A stretch of 64,000 bases of DNA from Laetmonice hystrix (taxonomy: Eukaryota): NCBI GenBank assembly GCA_965235115.1, contig OZ249436.1, positions 10,170,001 through 10,234,000 of the forward strand. The letters are read 5' to 3'. Made by a program: the position numbers and the translations under genes. Each line of letters begins with the position of its first letter. The first letter of the stretch is position 1. Below are positions 39,030 through 51,430 of the stretch, piece by piece. A model generated the notes under the pieces. The model saw only the letters and a list, made by a program, of their open reading frames with translations, was not told the DNA's origin and did not search any database.

Positions 39030-40209
39030 GATACAGCACCGACAGAGACAAACAGCACCTGTACGATAGAGCACCGACAGAGACAAACAGCACCTGTACG
39101 ATAGAGCACCGACAGAGACAAACAGCACCTGTACGATAGAGCACCGACAGAGACAAACAGCACCTGTACGATAGAGCACCGACAGAGACAAACAGCACCT
39201 GTACGATAGAGCACCGACAGACACAAACAGCACCTGTACGATAGAGCACCGACAGAGACAAACAGCACCTGTACGATAGAGCACCGACAGAGACGAACAG
39301 CACCTTACGATCGAGCACCGACAGAGACAAACAGCACCTGTACCATAGAGCATCGACAAAGACAAACAGCACCTGTACGATAGAGCACCGACAGAGACAA
39401 ACAGCACCTTAGATAGAGCACCGACAGAGACAAACAGCACCTGTACCATAGAGCACCGACAAAGACAAACAGCACCTGTACGATAGAGCACCGACAGAGA
39501 CGAACAGCACCTTACGATCGAGCACCGACAGAGACAAACAGCACCTGTACGATAGAGCACCGACAGAGACAAACAGCACCTGTACCATAGAGCATCGACA
39601 AAGACAAACAGCACCTGTACGATAGAGCACCGACAGAGACAAACAGCACCTTAGATAGAGCACCGACAGAGACAAACAGCACCTGTACCATAGAGCACCG
39701 ACAAAGACAAACAACACCTGTACGATAGAGCACCGACAGAGACAAACAGCACCTTACGATAGAGCACCGACAGAGACAAACAGCACCTGTACGATAGAGC
39801 ACCGACAGAGACAAACAGCACCTGTACGATAGAGCACCGACAGACACAAACAGCACCTTACGATAGAGCACCGACAGAGACAAACAGCACCTTACGATAG
39901 AGCACCGACAGAGACGAACAGCACCTTACGATCGAGCACCGACAGAGACAAACAGCACCTGTACGATAGAGCATCGACAAAGACAAACAGCACCTGTACC
40001 ATAGAGCATCGACAAAGACAAACAGCACCTGTACGATAGAGCACCGACAGAGACAAACAGCACCTGTACAATAGAGCACCGACAGAGACAAACAGCACCT
40101 GTACGATAGAGCACCGACAGAGACAAACAGCACCTGTACGATAGAGCACCGACAGAGACAAACAGCACCTGTACGATAGAGCACCGACAGAGACAAACAG
40201 CACCTGTAC
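39030..40209. repeat. 35-bp satellite array, about 34 copies
   Basis: Unit GATAGAGCACCGACAGAGACAAACAGCACCTGTAC, with 33- and 34-bp variants. Confidence 0.97.
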
Positions 40210-40954
40210 AATGTCGTTAAATAGAGTCAGACAAGGTTGGCCCAGGAAAAGGGCATCCAGGGTCAGCGCTGCTGCAGGCACTCGACCAGTATCCTCGTCT
40301 GGAGCCGAGACTGTGCACTGTCGCTGTGTGTGTAATCGACTTGCTACTTGTTCAGAATCTAGTGGTAACTTTAAACACTGTCGGTGCACACTGCAACAAA
40401 GATGATGGTTATTTGTCCCTGTGTCGAAAGGATGTTTTGCAGCTTTTCCACTATCCATACTATATACAAACTGAAGAGAATCTCAGCTGCTGACCTCCAT
40501 GGAGCGACAAGGAATTCCGAGTCATCAAAGTATATTCTTCGGATCCCTTAATAACAAAACTGTATAAATATGTGGATGTTAGGTTAGTATACGAACTGCA
40601 TGGTTCGTATAGAATGTAAACATGGGTGCTGAGAGCGTCATGACGTCTGCCATGCCGTCACGAAGCTCTCCTGGCAGGGAGGCAGGTTTATGTCCAGGGG
40701 CTGTCGGATCACCATGGGCCTTTGTCTCGAGTTGTCAGTAATCAGGCAAGTCTCAATGGGAAGCTCGCCAAGACAGTGAGATCAAAATTAATGGGCATAC
40801 ATGTTTGAACGAGGAGAACATGACACATTAATACGTGGGTATTTCAGACTGAATCTTGACGTCTATCCACATTTTGATCCAACCACAAGGTCGTGAAAAG
40901 TTATTCAACATGGAAGTAAGTGCGGTAAAATTATGTGATAACGTAGGCCTATAA

Positions 40955-41133
40955 GGGGCAGGCCATTTAATAGCTGGGGGGTATGTTTTTTTCGAAAAAA
41001 AAGTTTGTTTGCCAAGTTGAGCCAAAAAATAGTGTGTTCCCAAATGTGTGTGAAAAAATAGTTTGTTTAGCAATGTTTGGTCAGAAAGAAAAACCATACC
41101 CTCCCCCCATGCAGCTATTAAATGGTCTGCCCC
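40955..41133. mobile_element. PIF/Harbinger-like MITE (179 bp), TAA TSD
   Basis: 22-bp TIR GGGGCAG(G/A)CCATTTAATAGCTG with one mismatch. TAA flanks both sides. Confidence 0.85.
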
Positions 41134-42609
41134 TAATAGAAAACTATACCCTTTAATATGAGATCCTGTACATAATTATGAGCCTCTATGCCCTTTAACG
41201 CAGTTTCATGGCATTTCTATACTTTCTATATTAGTATCTTGAGGCGAAACTCGCATAATAGGCCTATATAATGATCATTAAAGTCATAATGACTTTACTA
41301 TATATACCCCTGAGGTTGGAGAATGAACCATGACAAAGCGTTTATCATGCAGCCGATCCCGTCGGTATTGCCAACCAGTATAGACACTTAAAGTACATGA
41401 CTTTATCGGACGTCATAATGTTTGAATCGTTGGTTTGTAAGAGAGAACTGAAAGTGGCTGTATGAAAGTGTTGTGTGGGGACTGCATGGTTTATACCATG
41501 AGTCCTGTCAGACGAACGGAAGGACTGCGTGGCCATGGAGCAATATTGGGTCCCTGCACAGCTACAGCAGGACACGATAAGTGGTACAGAAGAAGTCCTT
41601 TCCATTTCGTCCGTAACGCCGCCCCTCTCTGATGTTGGCGTGGCTAAAATCAATGCCGCTCGCAGCGTTCGTCGAAAACGACTTATTCCAGAGCCGGTTC
41701 ATTTTCCCCCATATCACATCCCGTAAATCCAGATCAAATCCTTGCAAAAAGCGGGTTATATGCTACATTGGGCTTCGTATAGGCGTGGGAACGTTGGGCT
41801 TGGTGTCGAGAAGCGAACGCTATAAGTTAGCCGTCAGGAGTGTTCTGATAAAATGACTGTGTATAATACTGTTACTGAATATAATCGTGTCTATAATGCG
41901 CCCAAGCTACAGTATTTTTAACCAGAATATATCGCAAACGGATTTCCCCCAGCAGATGCCTTGATATACATATACAACTATCACTATTTTGGTCAGAATC
42001 GAATGCATATTTGTTCATATTCTGTATAGCGTATTAGTATTTCGGTTGAATCGGTTTTGACACCGAATTTAAAATTGTTGTAATATTTTCAACTTCAAAT
42101 ATTTTATTGCATGAAAAAACTTCTTTGGATGTATGTGTTGTATTAGGGGCATCCCTTTCAAAAGCTGAACCTATTTAATCTAAGATTAAACGCGTATCCT
42201 ACTAATATAAGGGCCTACTGCCACTAGACTACTATAGACCCATACCATACTACGATTGGTATAGGTATAGAAGAAGCAGTAATTAGGAGTGGTGCCTACA
42301 CTATGATGCGGTGTTATACCAACACTGATTGCTTGTATACATGTGTGTTTCCTATTGACAACACTTTGTTTTCAACACCGTATACGATCTCTTTGTTAGA
42401 TATATTTCCACTATTACGAACGGCCATGTTTATCAGTGACCAACTGTTTTCGTCATCATCTTTCACTATAAGATCTGGCCTGCTCATTCTGAGCTCCATA
42501 TATCAGTACTATACATGGTGTATTCTCTGGGACAGGTATCATTTTGGGACTCCTGTGCGCGGCTTATCTCGATAGTCTGTTTCAGGCCTTTAGTAATGTA
42601 CATATCATA

Positions 42610-42720
42610 TTTTAGTACATGTATCTTCTTCCTGTATCTTTGTCTTTTAGTACATGTATCTTCTTCCTGTATCTTTGTCTTTTAGTACATGTATCTTCTT
42701 CCTGTATCTTTGTCTTTGTC
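42610..42720. repeat. 35-bp tandem repeat, about 3 copies
   Basis: Unit TTTTAGTACATGTATCTTCTTCCTGTATCTTTGTC. Confidence 0.88.
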
Positions 42721-43899
42721 AGGCGAAGACATCCCATGATGCGATTACTTGATTTCCTTTTATTCTTTCGATTTCACAGAACAGTTTTTAAAAGGTTTAT
42801 TAACACATCAAAGCAAGACTAAAAGAGTTCTGGCTCGTACGACTAAAGACCGCGTCAAATTAAAACAGCTTTTCATCTTTTGATACTGGCGAATGGTATA
42901 GTCTTTCCAGTAAAATGCTTACGGCTGAAGTCTATGCGCAGTGGAAGGTGTGTAGAAGGTTGGAGTTGCTGTGTGTCGGCATGGTTGGACATGTATAGCT
43001 CGGCTGACAAGGCGTTCTCCTCCCCAGGGATGCGTTCTATCACGGCGGCCGTGTAAATACTACTATAACGTTCACATAAACAGGACGTGAGATAACGCTT
43101 CAGTGTAAGTCGTGTGTATACGGGGTCAAGTGGGGGTTGACAGACGGGAACCCCAGGCCCGCGCCCCCACCCCCACCCCCCAAGCCTCTCGACGTTCTCC
43201 AAGCACAGCCCTCTGACGCGCACTTGATTTCCTTTGTTCGCCCTGAACACACGTTACATTGATAGCTGATATTGTCATCGTTTTTTCTTTAACCGATCAG
43301 GTTATCATCCGCGATATTCATCGTTAAAATGTTCCAATCTACATCGCTTAGTTACAGTTGTGGAACAGTAATTAATCAACGCAAGCTCTAATTATTGTGT
43401 CCTCGACAGACATTGCTCGAATATGAAAATTTTTATATACTACTCACATATTCTTTGTCGCGGGGTGTCAGCATGCATGCCTGGTTGCTGTTGACCAAGA
43501 TGGCTGTGTTATGTGGGATGGGGGTCGAATTTGTATAATGATACCTGCAGTTACGCCTGACATGGCAAACATTGAGTTAGAGCGACCTTCAAATACGGCA
43601 GGTGCGGTAATTACTGGGGTGTGACACATCATAACAAGGTTAACAATGGCAACGCGGGGGAACGTCCAAGTACTACGTCAAAATGAAGTGATGCATGGAA
43701 CATCGTCATTTGATTGACGATGTACACGTATTATTCCCATGGCGTAAGACCCTACCACTTAGAGCAAGTACATGTTTGTAAACAAGATCCTTCTAGCCAC
43801 TTTGTATGCAAAAGAAATGGGTGCACTTTGAAACACTGATGGATGGGTGGCCGATGTCTACGCATATGGACGAAAATACCCGATCTTTGGAGTAATGAC

Positions 43900-45060
43900 G
43901 CATAGACTGGCGCGAAGATGGGGGTATGCCGAGTGTCTATGCGTCAGCATCTAGGCCCGCGCCAGCCCCATCACTTTCATCCCTTCACCCTTTTCCCTCC
44001 CCGCATCCACTCAACTTACAATCTAGGTCACGTGACTCTAGCCATCTGGCGTTGCATGCACGTTCGGTTCAAACAGCCGAGCATCCTTCCCGCGGCTGCA
44101 GATAGTCGTGGTCTCGCAAAGCTTGACCTTCCTTAGCGATCCACACACGAATATTGCATTAAATGCCGTGGAATACAAGCAAGGCGGTGGTCGCCGACGT
44201 TGGATACTGGTAGTTTGGAGAACGTGTTGACTGACGGCGGAGAGATGCGGCCATCGGGACGGCATATTTGAGCGGGCTGTGATCACGGATATCGGGCTGA
44301 ACGCGGACGTCGGCGTCAGCGGCGGGCCAGCGTTCCGCTGTACGTACACACGGCTACAGACGGAGCACTGCTGCAGACACAGCCACCAGCCACCGCCAGT
44401 CTACGACTACGGCCCGATTGAGTGCTCTCGGGGTGAGGTTTCCGCTGCCGAGATTCAGCCCTCTCCTCAACCACGCGCTTGTCGGTCAAGCGTCTGGTGC
44501 GGGGCGAAGCAGAACAAGTGCAAACCAGCAAGCTGCTACAGTTTGACAGCAACCATTGGCTTCCCATCACGACCGAACGCTAACATCTGCAGCCCTAGAT
44601 CACAGAGCTTAGCAGACTTAAGACGCTCTTCTCGTAACAGACATCGATGTATTGTGGAAAGGTTACAGCACATCGTGACTTTATTCATGTGACCTAAAAA
44701 CGCGCTAACTTTGCAGTACCCTGGATCCACGTTGCATACATGCAGGCAACAGAACAGAACGACCAAATAGAGACATCCAGTGAAGAGGAATTTACGTTCC
44801 GGATTTAATCCTACTGGTCTCAGTAGAAGACATAGGACGATTCTGCAGCGTTCCATTCGTTACCAACGCTTGCCTGGGAGGTAGCTGCAGCGTGTGCCAG
44901 CCGAGCCAGCCCAGCCGAGCCCGCGTCGCTTTGTTCTCATCAGTGCGTGCGAGCACCAGCAATCTCGCCTGGAGGCAGCGAGATAGAGTGAGGGAAGATG
45001 ACAGCGCCTGACCCCGACCGCACCATTCTCCGTTAGTCGTCCCTCGCAGGCGCCTACAGT
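43900..45060 (+). promoter_or_regulatory. GC/CpG-rich, repeat-free region upstream of the second GPCR; candidate promoter or 5' UTR
   Basis: Visibly higher GC and CpG density than the flanks, no transposon termini seen, directly 5' of the gene. No TSS evidence is available. Confidence 0.35.
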
Positions 45061-45613
45061 CAGATTTTTCTATCCGTTAGAAGGATTCTGTGCATTACAG
45101 GTGACGCTTCCGACACCCGATTGTGCTTCTTGTCTGAACGCCGTGGAACGCCAGCGTCTGGGAGTCTTACGGGCGTATCTTTCGACAATATGTGAGCCTT
45201 TAATTCATTATAAGTGCATGCGGTGTCGATGTCTGGCACAAAGGATGCCGCGTGGACGTTACAGTGGATAATACTGTAAATCAGTGACATCTAACTCGGA
45301 GTTACTGGGAGGAATACGGTGAGGGGAAATAACCTTGCCACGGCACAGACACCTCAATGATGAAACTGTGACTGACAGCTGCTGATGGCAAGCCAGATGC
45401 TGACATACTGCCCGCCCATTGGCCAGTGATTGAAGTGTTCCAAAGTGCCAACCCTACGATTGAATTTGATGCGTATGTAAACAGGAAGAGCACGTATCAC
45501 TTGTGTATTCTGCTATTATCACCTCCCAGTTGGCACCAGATTTAATTCGCTCTCGCTGTGGATTTTGCTGGAAACTTTCTTTACAAGGAAGACAGAGAGA
45601 AAACGGCTAAAGT

Positions 45614-48235
45614 ATGTTTACGTTCTCGTTGTTGTTTATTACACTCACTGTGGGGCTCTCCAGCGTGTGCTGTCAGGAAGTACCATTGGGTGAGGACGGG
45701 CCGGGCGGCGGGGACGGTGGCTCATCGACCCGGGAACGACCGGCTAGGCCCGGCCAAGATGAAGGTCTGGAAGCTGAGACTGTTCCACCTCCCCGCTGGG
45801 ACCGAACCGGCAACAGGCGTCCCGACGGGCCAGGCATGGGGGACAACAGCCAGCCTCCCGTGGCGGTACCACCCGAGAGTCCACCAACAGATGGTAATGA
45901 AGGCCGGCCCCGACTGCCTCCAGTAGAGGTTCCTGTCGATGTTCGCATTACGTGCCCCATGAGGAACAAGTGCAACGCGCCAGGTCACGAGAATTTAGAC
46001 TATAGAGAAATCAATTGTTTCTGTGATCCTCTCTGTGAAACATATGGGGATTGCTGTAAAGACTTTAACGGGAGACCCCAACTTTCTGGTGAAAGAGGCC
46101 GGGGTAAGAAGTTGCGGATTCAGAAACGTACGCTTGAATGTAAGCGTATCCGCGAATACAGCGTGGCGGAGGAGATATACGTCGTGAGCTCCTGCCCGCG
46201 AGGTTTTCAAGACGAAGATATACAAATGAAGTGTGAATCCGATTCAGATTTTGACCTCTTCTACAAACTTCCCGTCACTGCAGTGAAAACAGGCATCGTA
46301 TATCAGAATTATTATTGCGCTTTGTGTGCAAAAGAGACAAACGTATCTTTTTGGCAAGTCGGTGTTGCGTGTGACATGCCTCCCGAGGGAAATCTGACTG
46401 AAAATCCCCAGGAGTTTCTAAACGAGATGGTTAAAGGGGCAGAGGATATTTTCAACTGCCCCAAGTCGTTTTCTCATCCAGATTATGAACCTCGCAAGTG
46501 CAAATCCCACGTCTCTCGTTGCCTGAAGAAAAGCAGCAGGAAAATGGTACAAAAATGCAAGAAAAGCACTGCCTATGTGTATGCCGGAAAGAAAGTTTTC
46601 AGAAATAAATTCTGCGCCCAGTGCAATGGGGTCAATGATACCTATATTACATGCGAGGACTCAAGGATACCTAGACCTGGCCCTGGTTTAGATCAAGGCT
46701 TTCAATTTGCATCATTTTCGCTACTTCTGGATTTTAACACTGGCCATGGAACCATTAAGGAACACCGTGTTGGGGTCGCTGGTGAAAAGGAGGTCACCGT
46801 CCCCTTCAAGGAAATTCGATCCTGTCCAGACAGTCACGTGTACGACCCATTTGCCGAGCAGTGTCGATTACTGAGGTGCCCTGCAGAGAGAACGTTGGTA
46901 AATGGTCAGTGTGTTTCTGAGACGGCGGCCGCCTCCACCCCGATCATGGAAACGATTGATGAAGTAATCAATGTTGATTACGATGATGGAAAGTTTAAAC
47001 TGCCAGACGGGACGGACATTGACCTGAACCCTTTGTACCCACCGACTAACAGAGAGCCTGGCATGCCTGGCAACGTTTTCCCAGAGCCTCCTGAGCCTGA
47101 GATCCACTCCTGTCGTATGATACGGCTTAATCATACCGAATACGACATGTTTAAAAACGGCTCCGTACGGGTGTTTGGGACGAACCGGGTTTATGGACCG
47201 ACCGAGTACGAATTTGAAGCCCCGTTTCTGCATATCTGCTCACCCTTCACTGACCGAAACTACACCGTGGAAACCAACCTGACCCACACGATAATTATGT
47301 TCAAGTTTGACCGTCTGCAGGCTCTTGCCTCCTTTGTCACAGTTCTAGTGTCGCTGGTGGCACTACTGATCATGTTCATCACTTATCTGATGCTACCACC
47401 TCTGAGAAATACCCCCGGAAAGTCTATCATGAGCTTGGATTTTGCTCTTTTTGTCGCACAAATTCTCTTTCTCGTTGGTGTTTACCAAACAGAAGTGTTT
47501 TATGTGTGTCTTGGCCTGGCAGTGGCAATGCACTACTTCTGGTTAGCAGCGTTCTTCTGGATGAATGCCCTAGCCTTTGATATATGGCACACCTTTGCTT
47601 GTCGGGCTAACAAAATGTGTGAGGCAAGCAGGCAAAAGCGTTTCGTTGCCTATTCCCTGTACGCGTGGTTTATGCCAGCACTTGTCATTGGAGCAGCTCT
47701 CGTCCTGGACTTTAAAGTTTTTGAAGGAGTTGATGATGTGTATCTTCCTCATTATGGGGATGGTATCTGTTGGATTGCACGCAGACACGCCCTGCTCTTT
47801 TTGTTTGCTTTACCTTTGGCAATTCTGTTGGTAACCAACTTTATATTTTTCTTTGTATCAGTTGTCAATATTTGCCGTCTATCGCAGGTTACTGACTTGC
47901 TCCACAAACACAAAGATCGCGGACGCTTCGTCCTGTATATTAAACTGTCGTTTATTATGGGCCTTACGTGGGTCTTTGGCTTTCTGGCCGCATTTATGGA
48001 GATGGAAATCTTCTGGTACCTATTCATTTCCTTCAATGCTCTCCAAGGTGTTTTCATCTGCTTTGCCTTCGTCTTGAACAGGAAAGTGTTTCGTCTCCTC
48101 TCCGGCAGAGGTCGCGTACACCGAGATCATGGTAAAGACTCCCGCCACAGCAATGGCTTTCGTTCTTGCCCAACGAACCGGACGTACATGTCAGACAATA
48201 ACGCCAAGGTGATTGCACAAGAGACTAGTATTTGA
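45614..48235 (+). CDS. Class-B (secretin/Methuselah-like, adhesion-like) GPCR with Pro/Gly-rich N-terminus, SMB-like and Cys-rich ectodomain, 873 aa, uninterrupted ORF
   Basis: Signal peptide MFTFSLLFITLTVGLSSVCC; SMB-like CFCDPLCETYGDCCKDF; modules PVTAVKTGIVYQNYYCALC and FRNKFCAQC; YDPFAEQC; 7TM motifs LRNTPGK, HYFWLAAFFWMNALAFDIW, YAW, CWI, KLSFIMGLTWVFG, FNALQGVFI; ends in ETSI. Confidence 0.96.
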   Translation: MFTFSLLFITLTVGLSSVCCQEVPLGEDGPGGGDGGSSTRERPARPGQDEGLEAETVPPPRWDRTGNRRPDGPGMGDNSQPPVAVPPESPPTDGNEGRPRLPPVEVPVDVRITCPMRNKCNAPGHENLDYREINCFCDPLCETYGDCCKDFNGRPQLSGERGRGKKLRIQKRTLECKRIREYSVAEEIYVVSSCPRGFQDEDIQMKCESDSDFDLFYKLPVTAVKTGIVYQNYYCALCAKETNVSFWQVGVACDMPPEGNLTENPQEFLNEMVKGAEDIFNCPKSFSHPDYEPRKCKSHVSRCLKKSSRKMVQKCKKSTAYVYAGKKVFRNKFCAQCNGVNDTYITCEDSRIPRPGPGLDQGFQFASFSLLLDFNTGHGTIKEHRVGVAGEKEVTVPFKEIRSCPDSHVYDPFAEQCRLLRCPAERTLVNGQCVSETAAASTPIMETIDEVINVDYDDGKFKLPDGTDIDLNPLYPPTNREPGMPGNVFPEPPEPEIHSCRMIRLNHTEYDMFKNGSVRVFGTNRVYGPTEYEFEAPFLHICSPFTDRNYTVETNLTHTIIMFKFDRLQALASFVTVLVSLVALLIMFITYLMLPPLRNTPGKSIMSLDFALFVAQILFLVGVYQTEVFYVCLGLAVAMHYFWLAAFFWMNALAFDIWHTFACRANKMCEASRQKRFVAYSLYAWFMPALVIGAALVLDFKVFEGVDDVYLPHYGDGICWIARRHALLFLFALPLAILLVTNFIFFFVSVVNICRLSQVTDLLHKHKDRGRFVLYIKLSFIMGLTWVFGFLAAFMEMEIFWYLFISFNALQGVFICFAFVLNRKVFRLLSGRGRVHRDHGKDSRHSNGFRSCPTNRTYMSDNNAKVIAQETSI

Positions 48236-50357
48236 CTAGAAGGCGGCGACGATTTTGAACCCACATACTCCTTCATGGTCAGGAACCCTCGCCGCAGTCG
48301 CGAGGACCGGGAATAAAATCTATTCTCTCACAGACCAGAAAATTGCGTTGTGTAGAGAGATACGTCACTCGCTCATGCAGGACCCCCTCCCCCCCCCTAA
48401 CGCAACTTTCCAGACTTGAAATACGATCTCCATGCGACAGTCATCGAGAAGACAGCTGCGGCCATGTGGCTGCCATTTACCAGGCGATCTTGCATAATGA
48501 ATGCCGTTCGCGGACGAGGGCTCGCGGCGCCATATAATATACAGGGTGCCGCGAATAATATCATGCTGTGGCAGAACATGAATGGCGGGAGGGGAGCATG
48601 CCACCCCTGCGGGTCAGAGTTGACAAACACACGCAGTTATAAGGAGAAACCATACATGTTTACGACATATTTTTACAACACAAGGCAACAAACCTGTGCC
48701 GGAAGAAAATCTAAAGAATGACCTGGGGATCCGACCCCAGGCTGCCACGGACGGTTTTGTTATTTTGTAAGGAAGACATTGTTTTGTGTCGTACAAATAT
48801 GCATTCATGTATGGTTAATGTGGTGTTCATCGTCGCCGGAGTCATCGAGTAGTCACACGTCGTAGGGCTGTTGACAGCGTTATTACAGACGTATAGCTTC
48901 TTAACGTATACTCATGGATGTAATAGTGTAAACGAGTGTATGAATATGTATGTTTTTATCTGCATACATTGGATAAGTACATCAGTGCTATAGTCAGCAA
49001 TGTCGGTCTTATAATATGGATCCTTTCCGGTTTTAATTTAGGGCTTTAGAGTAGAAGGCCTAACCTTGATTTTATTATTTTTTGTAATAATGTACAAAAC
49101 TGTAAAAGCCGTTCCTATATTGTAAATAACTATTGTCAGTTTTGTCATTGAGCCAAGGTAAACAAAGATATCACATTACGTGTTGTTTTCCCACCCCACC
49201 TGATCCAAACTGTTTGGCACCTCAACGATTAGAGGAATATTCGTATTCCTCCAAGCTCAAAGTAATACCATCTAACAACTTCAATGCATTTAAGTGAAAG
49301 TGCGTTCATGCGGAAATATCCATGAGTACATGATAAGCCGTCGTACATTGAAGGTATGGCAAGAGACGTTGGGATCAAATTGCCAGCATTTAGCTTTTTT
49401 AAATTCCCAAGGAGTTAGGCATGTGTATGGGACAGGTAACTCTGCATTTAACCACCGGGAACAAACTCTGTGTACATGTACATTGGTGCCACTTCTGTAT
49501 AAGATGTTTTGAGAATGACAGTGTTACGTAATGTGTGCATGATTTCGTGTGTTCTTCCACCGAAGTCGGTTTTTTTTATTCATCCATGTTTAACTAACAG
49601 TCTGTATGTGTATTTTGGGGCACATAAGATAGAATTAAGGACTTGTAGATCTTTTGAAGTTTGAAAACGAAATATACAAAAATACTTAAGTGTATCTCGT
49701 TTGATATTGTTTTTAATGAATATGTATGTCTACTTCCATGAGTGCATGTATTCCAAATATACTTATAACTAGGATATGCAGCGCGAATCTTACTGTTCTT
49801 GCCTTTTCAACACTTCGACTGGTTTTCTCCTCTGATAATCTATCTAACTAATTCACGACCAGGAATCGAAGTGCGAGAGAACGTCGCCCTGAATGTGAAT
49901 ATTTGCATACATTATATAAATTACAAATGTATATATAATTTACTTTTTTTATGCCATTAAAATTTGATGACGTTGGTATACAGGAATCATTATAAGCTCT
50001 TTATGAGTGAACAGTAAACAATAATTTTATATAATTTGAGAAGTTACCCTTTGTATAAAATAATCTAGAAAACACTCTCTCGTATAACTGCATACGAATG
50101 AACAAAGCGTCCGCAACGTTCTCGCTTTATTGGCCAGAGTCCACTGGCCAGAGTCCACTGGCCAGAGGCGAAAATTTGAAAAAAGAAGCCGATATCTATG
50201 CTTGGGGCGTTCCACATTTTCCCAGCAATTAACCTAATTTCAATGGTTCATAATGTTCAGAACATTTATATATTTACCTTTTCATATTAGTAGGCCTATT
50301 TGTTGCTTTTTCGCTTCCAAATATTTAAACAGACCTTCCACATTAATAGTTTAACAT

Positions 50358-50387
50358 ATCTCTCTCCTCTCTCTCTCTATCTCTCTA

Positions 50388-50422
<35 letters not shown>

Positions 50423-50435
50423 GCCTCTCTCTCTC
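50358..50435. repeat. (CT)n microsatellite
   Basis: Imperfect CT run. Confidence 0.88.
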
Positions 50436-51255
50436 AGATGTGAAGTTTCACATCCTTGCAGTGATTATATAGCCTACTTTGAAGTCATATAGCCAGAACC
50501 GAATTAACAAAATTGAATATAGCGACCTATATAGTCATTTTACTAGTATATACTGTAGTTCACAATGTAGTTTACTATTATACAGTACATTATATTGGTA
50601 GTATCAAGTGTCACTAAATGCAATATAGGCCTACATTATGTTATCTGGTTGCTGTAAGATTGTGCAAGATAACACGCACACCTTTTTAGCCGACTTTCAA
50701 GGCAATGCGACTCGTTCATTACAACATGGCGTTCTTTTGCAATGACCATATCTGCGGTATGCTCCTCCATGGAAAGAGCGTAGGTTTTTATCAAGCGAAC
50801 CCACAAGCCCAGCTGGTGCAAGGCGTCACGGTTGTCAGAAGACAGCAATCACAGCTGGTTCTCAGCCCCGGGCTGAGATTTCAGCATGTGTCTTTGATGT
50901 CATCTTGTGTTGCAGATGTGTTGATTATCAGTATCAGTAGCTTCCGGAGAGACATATGCCTACGACCAAATACGTCCACGACCAAATTATGATGCAATAG
51001 AGCCAGGGGTCGACTCAATACGATAGGCCCTACATCACATTATTATTTCATTAATAACAGATTATAGGCCTACATAATTATGTTCATGTAGGCCTAGGAA
51101 GTATCAATTTAGGGCCAGTGAGAGAAAGATACAAAGAAAATCAGTTCTTTTGTTGTGTCTCCATCCCCTATTTTTCGTATTATGCATTAGTAATTCAGTA
51201 ATTATGATTTTAACCATAATGTTTGCCTGCTCTGTGTGTGGGGCTTACCGACATC

Positions 51256-51430
51256 CAGGGACGGATCCAGGATTTTTCCAAGGGGGGGAGGTTACAGAGA
51301 CGCCAACAGTGCCGAGCTCGCGAAGCGAGGGAGCCCTAACGGGTGGGGTCCAGTAGGCACTTAAAATTGGTGGCTCTGAGGGGGGGGGGGGGTTAAACCC
51401 CCTGAACCCCTCCCCCCGGATCCGCCAGTG
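51256..51430. mobile_element. hAT-like MITE (175 bp) with 5-bp TSD
   Basis: Termini CAGGGACGGATCCAGG ... CCCGGATCCGCCAGTG. ACATC flanks both sides (51251-51255, 51431-51435). Confidence 0.75.

Noticed and set aside
38931..40458. Cys-rich minus-strand ORFs of up to 227 aa
   Set aside because: These are translation artefacts of the 35-bp satellite.
44279..44692. 137-aa ORF upstream of the second GPCR as a gene
   Set aside because: It has no recognisable domain and ORFs occur on both strands, as expected in GC-rich sequence. At most it is a uORF.
47270..47310. NLTHTIIM before TM1 as a GPS cleavage or tethered-agonist motif
   Set aside because: It lacks the upstream W..GC and CxC-H signature and is not conserved in the paralogue (NVTVEKVILV).
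31059..48077. Shorter ORFs overlapping the two GPCR CDSs in other frames or strands
   Set aside because: These are shadow ORFs of real coding sequence with no independent features.
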